This document shows positions 1 to 9,707 of a stretch of 64,000 nucleotides of DNA, piece after piece; within the stretch, counting starts at the first letter, position 1, and each line of letters starts with the position of its first letter. A program made the translations under genes and the position numbers. Source of the DNA: Dehalobacter sp. DCM (GTDB lineage Bacteria; Bacillota; Desulfitobacteriia; Desulfitobacteriales; Syntrophobotulaceae); the NCBI RefSeq assembly GCF_024972775.1, contig NZ_CP092282.1:3747525-3811524 (forward strand), given 5' to 3'. Below the pieces are notes generated by a model that was not told the DNA's origin, searched no databases, and saw only the letters and a list, made by a program, of their open reading frames with translations.

Positions 1-303
1 AACGACTTCGTTTCTTCTTTGGGCGATTTCTTCTTTGGTCGCGTTGGGATGATCATCACCCAAAGCCGGACGCAAACGACTGTTAAAACCGAAATTGCCG
101 CGTCCCCGTGCATTCCAGGACGGCGATTTTTCAAGCATCACCACTTTGGCATTGGCTTCTCTGGCTGAGAGCGTTGCTGCCGCACCGGCTACACCACAGC
201 CGATGACAACGATTTCCGTGTTGATAACTTCTTTGATCTGATCATCGGAAATGGGTGCAGGCGGAACTTCAAATGCGTATTTGGGCTCTTTTTCACAACT
301 CAA
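1..303 (-). CDS. FAD-dependent oxidoreductase, N-terminal part (gene continues beyond window start)
   Basis: Minus-strand TTG start at 303..301 with a GAGGT element upstream. Manual translation is open to position 1 and reads ...TEIVVIGCGVAGAAATLSAREANAKVVMLEKS, a classic FAD-binding Rossmann GxGxxG fingerprint. Not in the ORF track because it runs off the edge. Confidence 0.55.
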   Translation of the reverse strand, partial: MSCEKEPKYAFEVPPAPISDDQIKEVINTEIVVIGCGVAGAAATLSAREANAKVVMLEKSPSWNARGRGNFGFNSRLRPALGDDHPNATKEEIAQRRNEVV

Positions 304-605
304 AATTTTGACACCTACCTCGTTAACAAATTCTTTCTCATAGTTTCATTTTAGCGAAAAAGCAGTGGCATAACTACTGACACTCCGTGTGAATAATCAT
401 TGAGAATTACTACACTTTGTACTAGAATAATACTATCTGAATTGTTTTACTTATAGCACATCATTGGGAATTCTTGAATCTTTCATCTGTTACATTCTCC
501 AAATTACATAAAAAACCAACTCAAAGTTTGTACATCATGTACATTATTCTATTATCCATAAACCGTTCCGGCAATGACGCTAATTCGAAAGGAGACGCAC
601 TAATC

Positions 606-2159
606 ATGGCGATAACACTGCCGATGGTGTTAGACAGAATACCCGGCATTTTACAAGAAAATACAACTCTCTTTAAAAAAAGGAAAACGGACATTCAAGA
701 TATTGCACTACTTCATTTGCCTTGCTCGGAGTACTGGGAAAATCGGCTTTATATCCTGGATGAGAATGCTGATTTTAAGCTATTTCTTAATGATGCTCAG
801 GTATTGCCAAGGAACCTCGTATATATAGAGGAAAATCGCTGTTTCTATACCGGGCAAAACATAGCCCATCCTATCTGTTTATCCGAAACGGGTTTCGAAC
901 AAACGACCTTGCTGACACAGCTCCAGGATGCGCTGTATTATTACCGGAAGATGATGGATGATCTCTTAACCGCGGTTGGCAATGATGCCGGGCTGCAGTC
1001 CCTGACAAATAGGATGGCTTCATATCTCCGTAATCCGATCGCTATTTTTGCCCGGGGTCTCAAATTACTGGCACATTCCCAAAATTATAGAATGACTGAA
1101 AAGTTATGGACGGACACAGAGGAAAAGGGTTATTTGGAGGTCGAGGGTCAATTTTCCGAAGGACTAAAGGAACAGGCAAAGATGAGTGAACACAATACGT
1201 CACCGTTCATCTTTGCTGCGGATTACATGCCCTATCGGATTGCATCCAAAACCATCGTCAGAGGCTCAAACCAAATCGGGGTTTTTCAGGTGATCGAATA
1301 TAATACGCCTTTTTCCCAAGGTATCCTCGATATCATGGAAGTGATGAATATCTACCTGTCCATTGAAATCAATAAAAACGAACTGATTAATTTTAATCAC
1401 GGCATTTTGCATGGGCAGCTGTTTATCGACTTATTGGAAAGGAAAATTGACAGCCTTCAGACGTTAAAAAGTCAAGGCAAATACCACGGCTGGCTGTTCG
1501 CCAAATATACGTTTGTCATGGTGATTAAGCCCATCTCACGCTTTCTGGTGGATGAACAACTGGCTAAAATCCGTAACCAGCTCAATGTGATCCTGCCCTT
1601 CGGCAACTGTCTTGTTTATGACAAAGGGATTGTCGTCATTGTCATCCGTTCTTCCGAAATGCCTTATCCCAGCGAAACGGAAGCACAGCTGTTGTCTCTG
1701 CTCTCCGAATGGCATCTTTGCTGCGGATTAAGCCGATATTCCACCAATTTGCTTGATGTTGCGCTGTTATACGAGCAAAGCCTACAGGCAATTAAGTTTG
1801 GGCTAACTCAAAACTCCGGTAATTATATTTATGATTACTGCCAATTTGCGCTCTATGACTTTTTGGACAGCTGTGTAGCCAACGACAAAATTAGCGCGTA
1901 TTATCACCCGGCGCTTAAAATCCTGGGAGACTACGACAGCAAGCATCGCAGCGCCTTGCTCGCGACACTCCGCACGTATATCCAAAACCACAATAATCAA
2001 ATGTCCACTGCCAAGAAGCTGTTCATCAGCCGCAGTTCCCTACTCTACCGGCTCCATAAAATCGAAAAAATGGCCGCCATCGATTTTGATGATCCAAATA
2101 CGGTATTTCACCTGTTGCTGTCCTTTATGCTTCAGGAATATGCTGGCGTTGAGTCATGA
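606..2159 (+). CDS. PucR/CdaR-family transcriptional regulator
   Basis: ORF-track ORF 474..2159. The C-terminus (LFISRSSLLYRLHKIEKMAAIDFDDPNTVFHLLLSF) is the PucR-type HTH. The ATG at 606 is preceded by GGAG (591-594); the track start at 474 is a TTG with no SD. Confidence 0.7.
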   Translation: MAITLPMVLDRIPGILQENTTLFKKRKTDIQDIALLHLPCSEYWENRLYILDENADFKLFLNDAQVLPRNLVYIEENRCFYTGQNIAHPICLSETGFEQTTLLTQLQDALYYYRKMMDDLLTAVGNDAGLQSLTNRMASYLRNPIAIFARGLKLLAHSQNYRMTEKLWTDTEEKGYLEVEGQFSEGLKEQAKMSEHNTSPFIFAADYMPYRIASKTIVRGSNQIGVFQVIEYNTPFSQGILDIMEVMNIYLSIEINKNELINFNHGILHGQLFIDLLERKIDSLQTLKSQGKYHGWLFAKYTFVMVIKPISRFLVDEQLAKIRNQLNVILPFGNCLVYDKGIVVIVIRSSEMPYPSETEAQLLSLLSEWHLCCGLSRYSTNLLDVALLYEQSLQAIKFGLTQNSGNYIYDYCQFALYDFLDSCVANDKISAYYHPALKILGDYDSKHRSALLATLRTYIQNHNNQMSTAKKLFISRSSLLYRLHKIEKMAAIDFDDPNTVFHLLLSFMLQEYAGVES

Positions 2160-2193
2160 GCGACTTGGGGTTTTTTTTATTATTATATCTTCT

Positions 2194-3651
2194 CTATTCC
2201 TCATCCACTTTTTTTCTTCCTGACTGACAGGCGTTGTCGTCAACGAGCTCTTTAGAAAATTCTACGGAAAGTTCCGTGGGAAATGATTTCTCAGACCGGC
2301 CTTTGCTCGCAGTTCGGTTCGTTTGTAACCCTTGGCTTCGCATCACGATCATCGCAAAAACAGAAGTCACGGCAGTCAGAATAAGTCCTGCGACGAGGCC
2401 TGTTCCCTGTCCCGGTATTAATGGCATGCTGATAATAATCAGGATTAAGCTCACTAAAACGATCCAGCTTGAGTACGGATATCCGGGCATCTGACACTTG
2501 CCCGACGGCGGGCAGCCGTGTTTCTTCCGAAAGCGCAAGTGTGTCGCCATGATGACAGCATAGGTGAAGAGCAGGGCAAACCCGCCGGAACTGATCAGAA
2601 ATAAATAGACTCTGGGGAACAGCAAACCGATACCCAGTCCGGTAAGCATAGTCGCTCCTGAAAACAAAATGCCACGGTAGGGGACGTTGCCTCGGTCTTT
2701 TAGAACAGCGGGCGCCTGCCCTTCCGCTGCCAGAGACCGCATCATTCTGCCCAGTCCGAACATCGCAGCCAACATTGTGGAGAGAATGGCCGTGATGAGG
2801 ACTAAATTCAGAACACTGCCCGCCCAGGTGATTCCCCATCGGTTAAGAGCGGCGACCATCGGACTGAATTCTTCACTTAGACTGGCAGTAGGTACCAGCG
2901 GCAAAAGTACTGTCATTGAAACAACATATAAACCCACCAGAATGACGACCGTTCGAAAAATGGCTTTCGGAACCGTCACGGCAGGGTTATCCGTTTCCGA
3001 TGCAGCGAGTCCGATGATTTCAAAACCCGCATAGGAAAAGATGACAATCAGCATACTGCCTGCGATTCCTTTAAGGCCCGATGCCATGAAAGGTTCCCGA
3101 GCCAATTCCCCAGCGCCTATCCCGTGACCGTTGGCAAATAGCCCCAGGATCAAAAGTAAAGCAACAAGGATAAATGATGCCAGCGCTAACAGCTTAATGG
3201 CAGCAAGACCGCTCTCCAGCTTACTTAATTTATCCGCTCCGAGTAAATTTAGCAGTGTAACCCCTACGATAACAAAACTCCCCAGCAAGGCGACGGATAG
3301 GGCGGGGTACCATTCACGGACCAGGATCGACACAGCAGCAGCCTCACTGGACATCGCTAAAACCATTCCGATCCAATAGACCCATCCGACGACAAATCCC
3401 GCACTTGGGCCAAATGCTTGCGCCGCAAAGGTGCGGAAGGAGCCGACATCGGGATTGGCAACTGTCATCTCAGACAGGGCGAAGAGGGTAAAATAGACAA
3501 TGATTCCTCCCAGAATAAACGCGATAATAATAGAAGGGCCGGCCGCATTAATGGCTACCGAGGATCCCAGAAAAAATGAACCGCCGATGACTGTTCCCAA
3601 GGCCAGCATCGTGAGCTGCCAGGCGGATAATCCATGCGCTTGTTTTTTCAT
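2194..3651 (-). CDS. APC-superfamily amino acid permease
   Basis: 485 aa with about 12 TM segments. The N-terminus (LSAWQLTMLALGTVIGGSFFLGSSVAINAAGPSIIIAFILGG) is the amino-acid permease signature, followed by a long basic C-terminal tail. Confidence 0.85.
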   Translation of the reverse strand: MKKQAHGLSAWQLTMLALGTVIGGSFFLGSSVAINAAGPSIIIAFILGGIIVYFTLFALSEMTVANPDVGSFRTFAAQAFGPSAGFVVGWVYWIGMVLAMSSEAAAVSILVREWYPALSVALLGSFVIVGVTLLNLLGADKLSKLESGLAAIKLLALASFILVALLLILGLFANGHGIGAGELAREPFMASGLKGIAGSMLIVIFSYAGFEIIGLAASETDNPAVTVPKAIFRTVVILVGLYVVSMTVLLPLVPTASLSEEFSPMVAALNRWGITWAGSVLNLVLITAILSTMLAAMFGLGRMMRSLAAEGQAPAVLKDRGNVPYRGILFSGATMLTGLGIGLLFPRVYLFLISSGGFALLFTYAVIMATHLRFRKKHGCPPSGKCQMPGYPYSSWIVLVSLILIIISMPLIPGQGTGLVAGLILTAVTSVFAMIVMRSQGLQTNRTASKGRSEKSFPTELSVEFSKELVDDNACQSGRKKVDEE

Positions 3652-3871
3652 AATACCGTCTCCATGCTCTAAGTAATGGGTGTTAACTTATTATCTCTTG
3701 AAACGCTGAAATCCATTCGAAAACGAGCGCATGGCTGCCAATAACTCTTTTTAATTCCATTCCTCTTGATATTACCGCGTAAAATTCACCTATAAACAGA
3801 ATTGTTCCTGTTGTATCATCCGCAATGATGAACAGAAATGACCGGATGCAATGAAAACCGTAATGAAAGGA

Positions 3872-3904
3872 AATAGACCGCACCCGAAAGGATTACGGTC
3901 TATT
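3872..3904 (-). terminator. intrinsic terminator hairpin downstream of the ECF operon
   Basis: AATAGACCG / CGGTCTATT 9-bp stem with a GAAA-containing loop, followed on the minus strand by TTCCTTTCATT. It sits 68 nt after the stop of the 3973..4515 gene. Confidence 0.45.
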
Positions 3905-3972
3905 TTCTATACCATGACCGCACTGAAGCGGTTCAGGTCATTATTGTAAGTATCCGATTAAACTTAATAGCA

Positions 3973-4515
3973 CTAAGGTGTCACTGTTAATTTCACCGTA
4001 TTCTTACACCATTTGTTCGAGGGCTGCTCTTTTAAGATAGTCATCAGCGGGCCGCTGTTTCCTAAAGCCTCACCGTCCCGATTATATGCAAGTATACTGC
4101 CTTCCGCATTGATCATATCCGGTGTGTACTCGCAGGCATAATCATCTGAAGCGACAGCGGAAACCTTGGTGTACGCCTTCACTCCAGCTGCTTCCAGAAC
4201 TTTTGCCAGCGGGATTCCGGTGTATTCGTATTCCTGCTCCGATCCGTCTTTTTTCTTCATTGTCGCCTTCAAAGTGACTGCCGGAATGGCTCCCAATTCT
4301 TTTTCGGTCAGGGTCACTGTAGCGGATCCGTTAACAACATCGATGGTACAGGCGGGAACACTGCTTCCGGCAGTATCTGCCGGAGCCTGATTATTGTTCT
4401 GGGGCGCGTTGGCATTCGCATCCTGTTTAGCACCGGATGAACAGCCTGTCAGAACCAGTGCCAAAGAGAGCATAAGAACCGGTACAATAAGTAACTTTTT
4501 TGATACCTTGAACAT
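3973..4515 (-). CDS. lipoprotein with one sulfite-oxidase/YedY-like (Oxidored_molyb-like) beta-domain
   Basis: Signal peptide plus lipobox LTGC. The domain core (TGIPLAKVLEAAGVKAYTKVSAVASDDYACEYT...ILAYNRDGEALGNSGPLMTI...KW) resembles the G-[VI]-P-L / DGY / NGE-L / P-RL signature. Start chosen at ATG 4515 (MFKVSKK), 7 nt after GGAGGAG; the track start 4530 lies inside that SD. Confidence 0.6.
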   Translation of the reverse strand: MFKVSKKLLIVPVLMLSLALVLTGCSSGAKQDANANAPQNNNQAPADTAGSSVPACTIDVVNGSATVTLTEKELGAIPAVTLKATMKKKDGSEQEYEYTGIPLAKVLEAAGVKAYTKVSAVASDDYACEYTPDMINAEGSILAYNRDGEALGNSGPLMTILKEQPSNKWCKNTVKLTVTP

Positions 4516-4561
4516 TTCTTTCTCCTCCAAAAAATTATTTTTCTATTTTATTTGGACGAAA

Positions 4562-5386
4562 TCATCCAAAATAAAATGACAATAAGAATAAAATTACAAC
4601 AAGTATTCCCAGCAAAGCGATAACGGCATCTTTCCGGGTGAACAGCAGCGGGGTTAAAAATGTGCGTTTTGGATAAAGGCCAAATGCCCTGCCGTCCATG
4701 GACATACTCAGGGTATCTACCCGATGAATCGTCGTTGCCAGCAAGGGAACTAAAAGATAACGCAGCATGTTCATCAACCGTGTCCAAGAAAAGCCGTCAT
4801 AACGGACACCTTTTAAGCGGACAGCCAAGCGGATCTGACGGAAATCATCCTGGTATCCCGGAATAAAACGCAGTGCGGTAATCAGCATGAATCCCCAGCG
4901 ATAAGGAAGTCCGGCTTGAATCAAGCCCTGAACCAGCTTCATCGGATCGGTCGTGGCCACAAAAAGGAAACTGAGGCCGATGAGGTTTAGAAAACGCATT
5001 GCCAGCGCCAAGCCTTGCCCTAACCCCTCCGACCAGATCCCGAACTGCCATGGCCCAAGTCTGAACTGCCATAGCGGTGCCCCTTGCTGGCGGAAAAGAA
5101 TTTGGATAAGCAAGATAAACGCAGCAAAAAACAGAATGAACCGCAGTTTCCGGAGCCAATACCCCAAGCCTAAACCGGAAGAAATATACCCCATAAGCAA
5201 TATCCCAAGCAGTACAGCCCCTCGCGCCGCTTCGGCACTGATCAGCACCAGGCTGGCAAAAGCAAGCAAGAAACCTACTTTAACCAATGGATGAAGCTCC
5301 TGGATCCAGGAACTCCCCGGTATGAACTTCAGACCGGCCAAATCATCAAATTCCAATAGTTTATTAAAGAAAGACCGCGATTTCAT
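4562..5386 (-). CDS. ECF transporter transmembrane (T) component, EcfT/CbiQ family
   Basis: Polytopic membrane protein with the conserved C-terminal Arg/Gly motifs of EcfT. The start ATG 5386 overlaps the upstream ATPase stop (ATGA), indicating translational coupling. Confidence 0.8.
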   Translation of the reverse strand: MKSRSFFNKLLEFDDLAGLKFIPGSSWIQELHPLVKVGFLLAFASLVLISAEAARGAVLLGILLMGYISSGLGLGYWLRKLRFILFFAAFILLIQILFRQQGAPLWQFRLGPWQFGIWSEGLGQGLALAMRFLNLIGLSFLFVATTDPMKLVQGLIQAGLPYRWGFMLITALRFIPGYQDDFRQIRLAVRLKGVRYDGFSWTRLMNMLRYLLVPLLATTIHRVDTLSMSMDGRAFGLYPKRTFLTPLLFTRKDAVIALLGILVVILFLLSFYFG

Positions 5387-6921
5387 GGCAGGTAAGCCTC
5401 CAAGCCGTTCTCTTTCAACCATGCAAACACATCCCCCGGCGGCGCATCACAGCCAACCCGGCCTTGGTCGATAAACAGCAGGCGATGACAATAACGGGCA
5501 ACCACTTCCGGGTGATGACAGACCATCAGGACGGATCCGCCCCGCTGGCAATGGCTGTATAAGTGCGCCATTAAAAGATCGAGATGGGCGGCATCCTGAC
5601 CGGCCAGCGGCTCATCAAGCAAGAGCAAAGACGGTTCATAAGCTAATACCGACACGGCGCAAAGCCGTTTCTTTTCCCCCATACTAAGCAGGAAAGGCGA
5701 GTTGTCCCGAACCATCGCCAGAGAAAATTCCTCAATCAGTTTCTCCGTAGCCGGCTGAAAATTCATTGCAGGTTTAAGCATTTGGGCCGCCAATATGGCT
5801 TCTTGCCATACGGTCCGCTCTAAGATCTGGTGCCCGGGATTTTGCAGAACCATGCCGATATCCCGGACTCGGGACTGGATATCCGCTGCCGTTATATCCT
5901 GCCCGCGATAAAAAATCTTGCCTTGGTCCGGCCGGCAATATCCTAACAGGGACAAAAACAGCGTTGTTTTGCCGCTGCCATTTGCACCCATCACCGCCGT
6001 AATCTCACCCGGCGCCAGCTGAAACGTGATATCATCCAGAACAAGCCGGCCTCCCCGCCGTACGGTCATTCCCTGAACACACAGCAGTGGGTCGGCTGCT
6101 ATCGGGATATCTGTATGGTCGGCTTCTGTCTTTGCACCACGATTGCGGGCTTTGTCAAACTTCACTTTAGCCTGCAACGAATTGCTCAACGTGTTATCCA
6201 GCATGTCGCGATATACCGGGTTGACCTCCGAAGGGGTGCCGTCTGCCGCGATGCGCCCCTCATGGATAATCAGCATCCGATCAGCCATCGCGATAAACGG
6301 TTCTATCCGATGTTCGACCACGATCACGGTATAGCCGAATTGTTTAACTAACGTTATCAGACTGGCCGTCAAACCGGCTATGCCATCCGGATCAAGATTG
6401 GCCGTTGGTTCATCCAGCACCAAAATCCTGGGCTGCATGGCTAAGATGCAAGCCAGAGCGACGCGCTGTTTCTCTCCTCCCGATAAGCCGGCTACTTCGC
6501 GGTCCCGAAGGTGTTTGATATTCACAATACCGCATACGTCATCCAGCCTTGCTTGGATTTCAGCAGCCGCAAGGCGCAGGTTTTCCAAGCCAAAGGCGAC
6601 TTCCTGGCGCACTGTAAATGTACATAATTGGGCATCGGGGTCCTGCTGGACCAGCCCGGCTATCCCGGCGATTTTCTCCGGAGGGGTACTCTTGGTATTT
6701 TGGCCGTCAACCAGGACATCGCCTTCCATGTCTCCCGGCCAGCCGTAAGGAATAAACCCGCAAAGGGTATAAGCGAGGGTGGATTTGCCGCAGCCGCTAA
6801 GCCCGGTAACGAGGACAAAAGAACCCTCCGCAATGGTTAAATTTATGTTGCTTAGAGCCGGGTGGCTTTTTCCCGCATAGGTAAAGGAAAAATCCCGCAG
6901 TTCGATCATATTCTGTTTCAT
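5383..6921 (-). CDS. ECF transporter ATPase with fused tandem A1-A2 ABC domains
   Basis: Two complete ABC cassettes: GLSGCGKST + LSGGEKQRVALA + LVLDEPT, and GANGSGKTT + LSMGEKKRL + LLLDEP. There is a 4-nt ATGA overlap with the upstream gene. Confidence 0.85.
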   Translation of the reverse strand: MKQNMIELRDFSFTYAGKSHPALSNINLTIAEGSFVLVTGLSGCGKSTLAYTLCGFIPYGWPGDMEGDVLVDGQNTKSTPPEKIAGIAGLVQQDPDAQLCTFTVRQEVAFGLENLRLAAAEIQARLDDVCGIVNIKHLRDREVAGLSGGEKQRVALACILAMQPRILVLDEPTANLDPDGIAGLTASLITLVKQFGYTVIVVEHRIEPFIAMADRMLIIHEGRIAADGTPSEVNPVYRDMLDNTLSNSLQAKVKFDKARNRGAKTEADHTDIPIAADPLLCVQGMTVRRGGRLVLDDITFQLAPGEITAVMGANGSGKTTLFLSLLGYCRPDQGKIFYRGQDITAADIQSRVRDIGMVLQNPGHQILERTVWQEAILAAQMLKPAMNFQPATEKLIEEFSLAMVRDNSPFLLSMGEKKRLCAVSVLAYEPSLLLLDEPLAGQDAAHLDLLMAHLYSHCQRGGSVLMVCHHPEVVARYCHRLLFIDQGRVGCDAPPGDVFAWLKENGLEAYLP

Positions 6922-8009
6922 TGAAGGACAAACCGGCTTACTTTTTGGGCCCAGTAACCACCTTCGTAATTCGCGGCAATTATCCGCAGCGTGGTTTCTT
7001 TCCCTTTATTTTCTGTGAGCAGCATTTTGTCGTCGTTCATGACTTTAGCCAGATCAAACGTCACCTCATAGCCGTCGGTGGCAATAACCTTTAATTCTTT
7101 CGCCTCAGGCAAGGGCCGGGCATCCTTAAGAATAATCCGGACTGGCACACCGGTATAATCCTGCTCCGGTATATGGGTAACCTTGCCGTTGAGGGCTGCG
7201 CTGATTGTTACCTCCTCGCTGGCATACGCTTTTAATCCTGTCTTCATCGGCTGTTCGACTTTTCCTTCGATGCTCAGTACAACACCCTGCCACGGCAGCT
7301 GATAAATATTTTTATAGTAATATATTGCACCGCCTGTAAAAGACAAAAGAATGATAACCGCTAAACCAAGGGACATCCCAGTGAGGATTTTTTTCTTTGG
7401 GGAAACCGTTCGCTCTTTTTCTACCGCAAGCCGTCCCGGCCGCAGTGTCGTTAATAAGGCGAGGGATTGATGCGTCAAATAGCCACCGAAAATCGCCCCA
7501 GAAACTAGTGCAGCCAGGCAGATCAAACCGATATAGACAAAGGAGGCACCTGAAAAATACAGAATTTGAAAAACAATCACATTGGATACAGATGCTAAAG
7601 CACCGGCAATCACCAATGTGGGTAAATTAATCGTTTGTTTGCTTAAGAATATTATTATTTCAATAATTAACCCCTCAATAACGCAAACGAGGACGATGGG
7701 TAGTCCATGCGGGCTGCCGGTAAAAAACTCAACCAATCCTTTAATCAGACCGGCGGCGGCTGCGGCCCCGCGTTTACGGATCAGGCAGGGAACCATTAAC
7801 AACCAGAAAACATGGAGTCCGGCGATAAACTGCCCGGCTCCGAAAGGAACTCCGACCAGGCGATTCAAGATATTGCCGATATAACTGATATATGTACTCA
7901 GAACGCCGCCCAAGCCGCTGATCACAGCGATCATCAGGATATCCCTGCTTCTGCTCTTATAAGTTGTTTGCAGTGGGGGTTGCTCCACCTTATGCTGAGG
8001 CGTCTCCAT
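6918..8009 (-). CDS. ECF S-component-like polytopic membrane protein fused to a C-terminal extracytoplasmic YedY-like domain
   Basis: The N-terminal ~190 aa are hydrophobic with Gly-rich helices and sit in the S-component position immediately upstream of A and T. After a further TM the C-terminus (GVPVRIILKD...ATDGYEVTFDLAKV...GGYWAQKV) repeats the domain seen in the lipoproteins. The start overlaps the upstream stop (TAATG). Confidence 0.55.
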   Translation of the reverse strand: METPQHKVEQPPLQTTYKSRSRDILMIAVISGLGGVLSTYISYIGNILNRLVGVPFGAGQFIAGLHVFWLLMVPCLIRKRGAAAAAGLIKGLVEFFTGSPHGLPIVLVCVIEGLIIEIIIFLSKQTINLPTLVIAGALASVSNVIVFQILYFSGASFVYIGLICLAALVSGAIFGGYLTHQSLALLTTLRPGRLAVEKERTVSPKKKILTGMSLGLAVIILLSFTGGAIYYYKNIYQLPWQGVVLSIEGKVEQPMKTGLKAYASEEVTISAALNGKVTHIPEQDYTGVPVRIILKDARPLPEAKELKVIATDGYEVTFDLAKVMNDDKMLLTENKGKETTLRIIAANYEGGYWAQKVSRFVLQ

Positions 8010-9637
8010 TATTTAACCTCCATTCTTACGACATACCTTGCCCACCGGGCTCCGGCAGACGCGTAAGTATCCCAACCTTCACCCGGGGCGGACGTAGCGG
8101 AACAATCCGCATTATCATAAAGTCCATCGGCAGTTAAGAATACGATACGATAACCGTCCTGCCACTCGGGCGGCTGGCTGCCATTCCATTGGGTAGCCAG
8201 AATCATTTCCCCTTGTGCTTCCTGCCAACCGGCTTTTTCCGGATAGACATTACCGTAAGAATACGTCTGTTGGTAGCCGTCGACAGAGGTTATCACCAGT
8301 GTATTGTTTTCCGTCATACCGCCTACTTTTTCAAGAAGAGCTCGGATCGGGATCCCCGCATACGTTCCGGCGCCGCCGATATTGCCGTACTGGTTTTGGA
8401 AAGAAGCTTTCCCTTCAACCTCGGAAGCGGCAAATAAACCGTCGAAATCTTTGGCTTGCAACACCATGGAACCCGTGGCTCCTGTAACCGTTAGAATATC
8501 TCGCCTCGCCGGCGGATCAAAACGGTTGACTTTAATCGCCAGGGATGTGTTTTCGCTGTTAGCAGTGTTATTGGTGTTATTGGCGTTATCGGCGCTGACC
8601 AACAGCCAGTGATGGTAACCGCCTGCACCCGGCTCAGCATAGAGGTTGGCCCCGCCGCCCCCGCTGGTAATCAACGGCACGCCGTACTGACTGTACTGGT
8701 TAAACAGATGGATATGCCCGTTCATCACCGCCTCAATGTTTTGCTTGTGAAGTTGTACCATTGTTAGAAACGTTTTTGCAGCAGCCGCATCGGTCAGGGC
8801 ATGGTCTTCTTTTGCGCCGCGGGGATCCACAGCAGGGATATGCATAAAAATCATCACTTTTGATTGCTGGGACAGTATACCATTGAGGTAAGCAAATTGT
8901 TCCTGAGACACCGTACCCACGGAATCATCAATGAAAACCAGGGTTTTACCTCCCCATTCAAAATCGTAATGCGCCGGAGCCAGCAATTTCTCATAGAGGG
9001 AGGTTCCGCCGCCTTTGATGTCATGATTGCCCGGAACCGTATAAATCGGGCAAAATAATTGCTGTGCAGTTTGGAGAAAGGCCTTATATTCATCCTCCGT
9101 GCCGCTGGCGGTCATGTCGCCAAGATGAACAACAAAATCCGGCTGCACACGGTTGATCTGTTTGATTGCCCCTTGGAAAGATTCATTGTTGCCCTGGGTA
9201 TCGCCGATCACAGCAAAAGAACCTGCTGTTCCCCACGCCGCAGCGGGCTGAAGCAGGAGTTTCCCTTGCAAACCCTTGGGGATAGCGACCGTAATTTTTG
9301 TGGAAAGCGGCTGTTGGATTTGGACACCGGCTTGCGAAAGGTCGACTGTTCCATGTTCCCCTGTCAAGGAACCCTGCATCTGCTCAGCCGGAACATTGCT
9401 GATTTCAATCCGGCATTTTTGCCTGCTGCTAAGGTCAAACGCAATCACCGGTTGCCAAGCACGGTATACATAGACAGGTATTCCGTCGTCAGCAGGTAAT
9501 GCTGACTGCAGGACTGCCCCTTTGACTTGGGGCGCACGCTCAGAGAGTGAAGACTGGGTAGCTGTTGTACTGCAGCCGAATACAACAAGACAGCATAATC
9601 CAATCAACAACGTTGTTAACAATCTTACTTTTCTCAT
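8009..9637 (-). CDS. lipoprotein metallophosphoesterase (calcineurin-like) with C-terminal YedY-like domain
   Basis: Lipobox VVFGCS. Phosphoesterase motifs GDMTASG, GNHD and GHIH are present. C-terminus: GIPIRALLEKVGG...TSVDGYQQTYSY...ATQWNGSQPPE...GYRIVFL. Confidence 0.75.
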   Translation of the reverse strand: MRKVRLLTTLLIGLCCLVVFGCSTTATQSSLSERAPQVKGAVLQSALPADDGIPVYVYRAWQPVIAFDLSSRQKCRIEISNVPAEQMQGSLTGEHGTVDLSQAGVQIQQPLSTKITVAIPKGLQGKLLLQPAAAWGTAGSFAVIGDTQGNNESFQGAIKQINRVQPDFVVHLGDMTASGTEDEYKAFLQTAQQLFCPIYTVPGNHDIKGGGTSLYEKLLAPAHYDFEWGGKTLVFIDDSVGTVSQEQFAYLNGILSQQSKVMIFMHIPAVDPRGAKEDHALTDAAAAKTFLTMVQLHKQNIEAVMNGHIHLFNQYSQYGVPLITSGGGGANLYAEPGAGGYHHWLLVSADNANNTNNTANSENTSLAIKVNRFDPPARRDILTVTGATGSMVLQAKDFDGLFAASEVEGKASFQNQYGNIGGAGTYAGIPIRALLEKVGGMTENNTLVITSVDGYQQTYSYGNVYPEKAGWQEAQGEMILATQWNGSQPPEWQDGYRIVFLTADGLYDNADCSATSAPGEGWDTYASAGARWARYVVRMEVK

Positions 9638-9707
9638 GGGACTCTTCTTCCAAACTGTTTCTAATTGATTATTCTCACTATTTCCCCATACGCATTAATA
9701 TCCGTAC

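Noticed and set aside
2291-3034. Track ORFs 2291..2839(-), 2687..3034(+), 3131..3379(+) inside the permease gene
   Set aside because: Alternative frames or antisense of a strongly supported permease CDS with Arg/Pro/Ser-rich low-complexity translations.
4845-6840. Several 60-120 aa ORFs overlapping the EcfT and ECF ATPase genes (4845..5159, 4953..5294, 6115..6351, 6380..6748, 6628..6840)
   Set aside because: Embedded in or antisense to genes with unambiguous ABC and EcfT motifs.
7141-7160. TGGCAC hexamer at 7143 resembling a sigma-54 -24 box
   Set aside because: No TTGC -12 element at the correct spacing, and it lies inside the S-component coding sequence.
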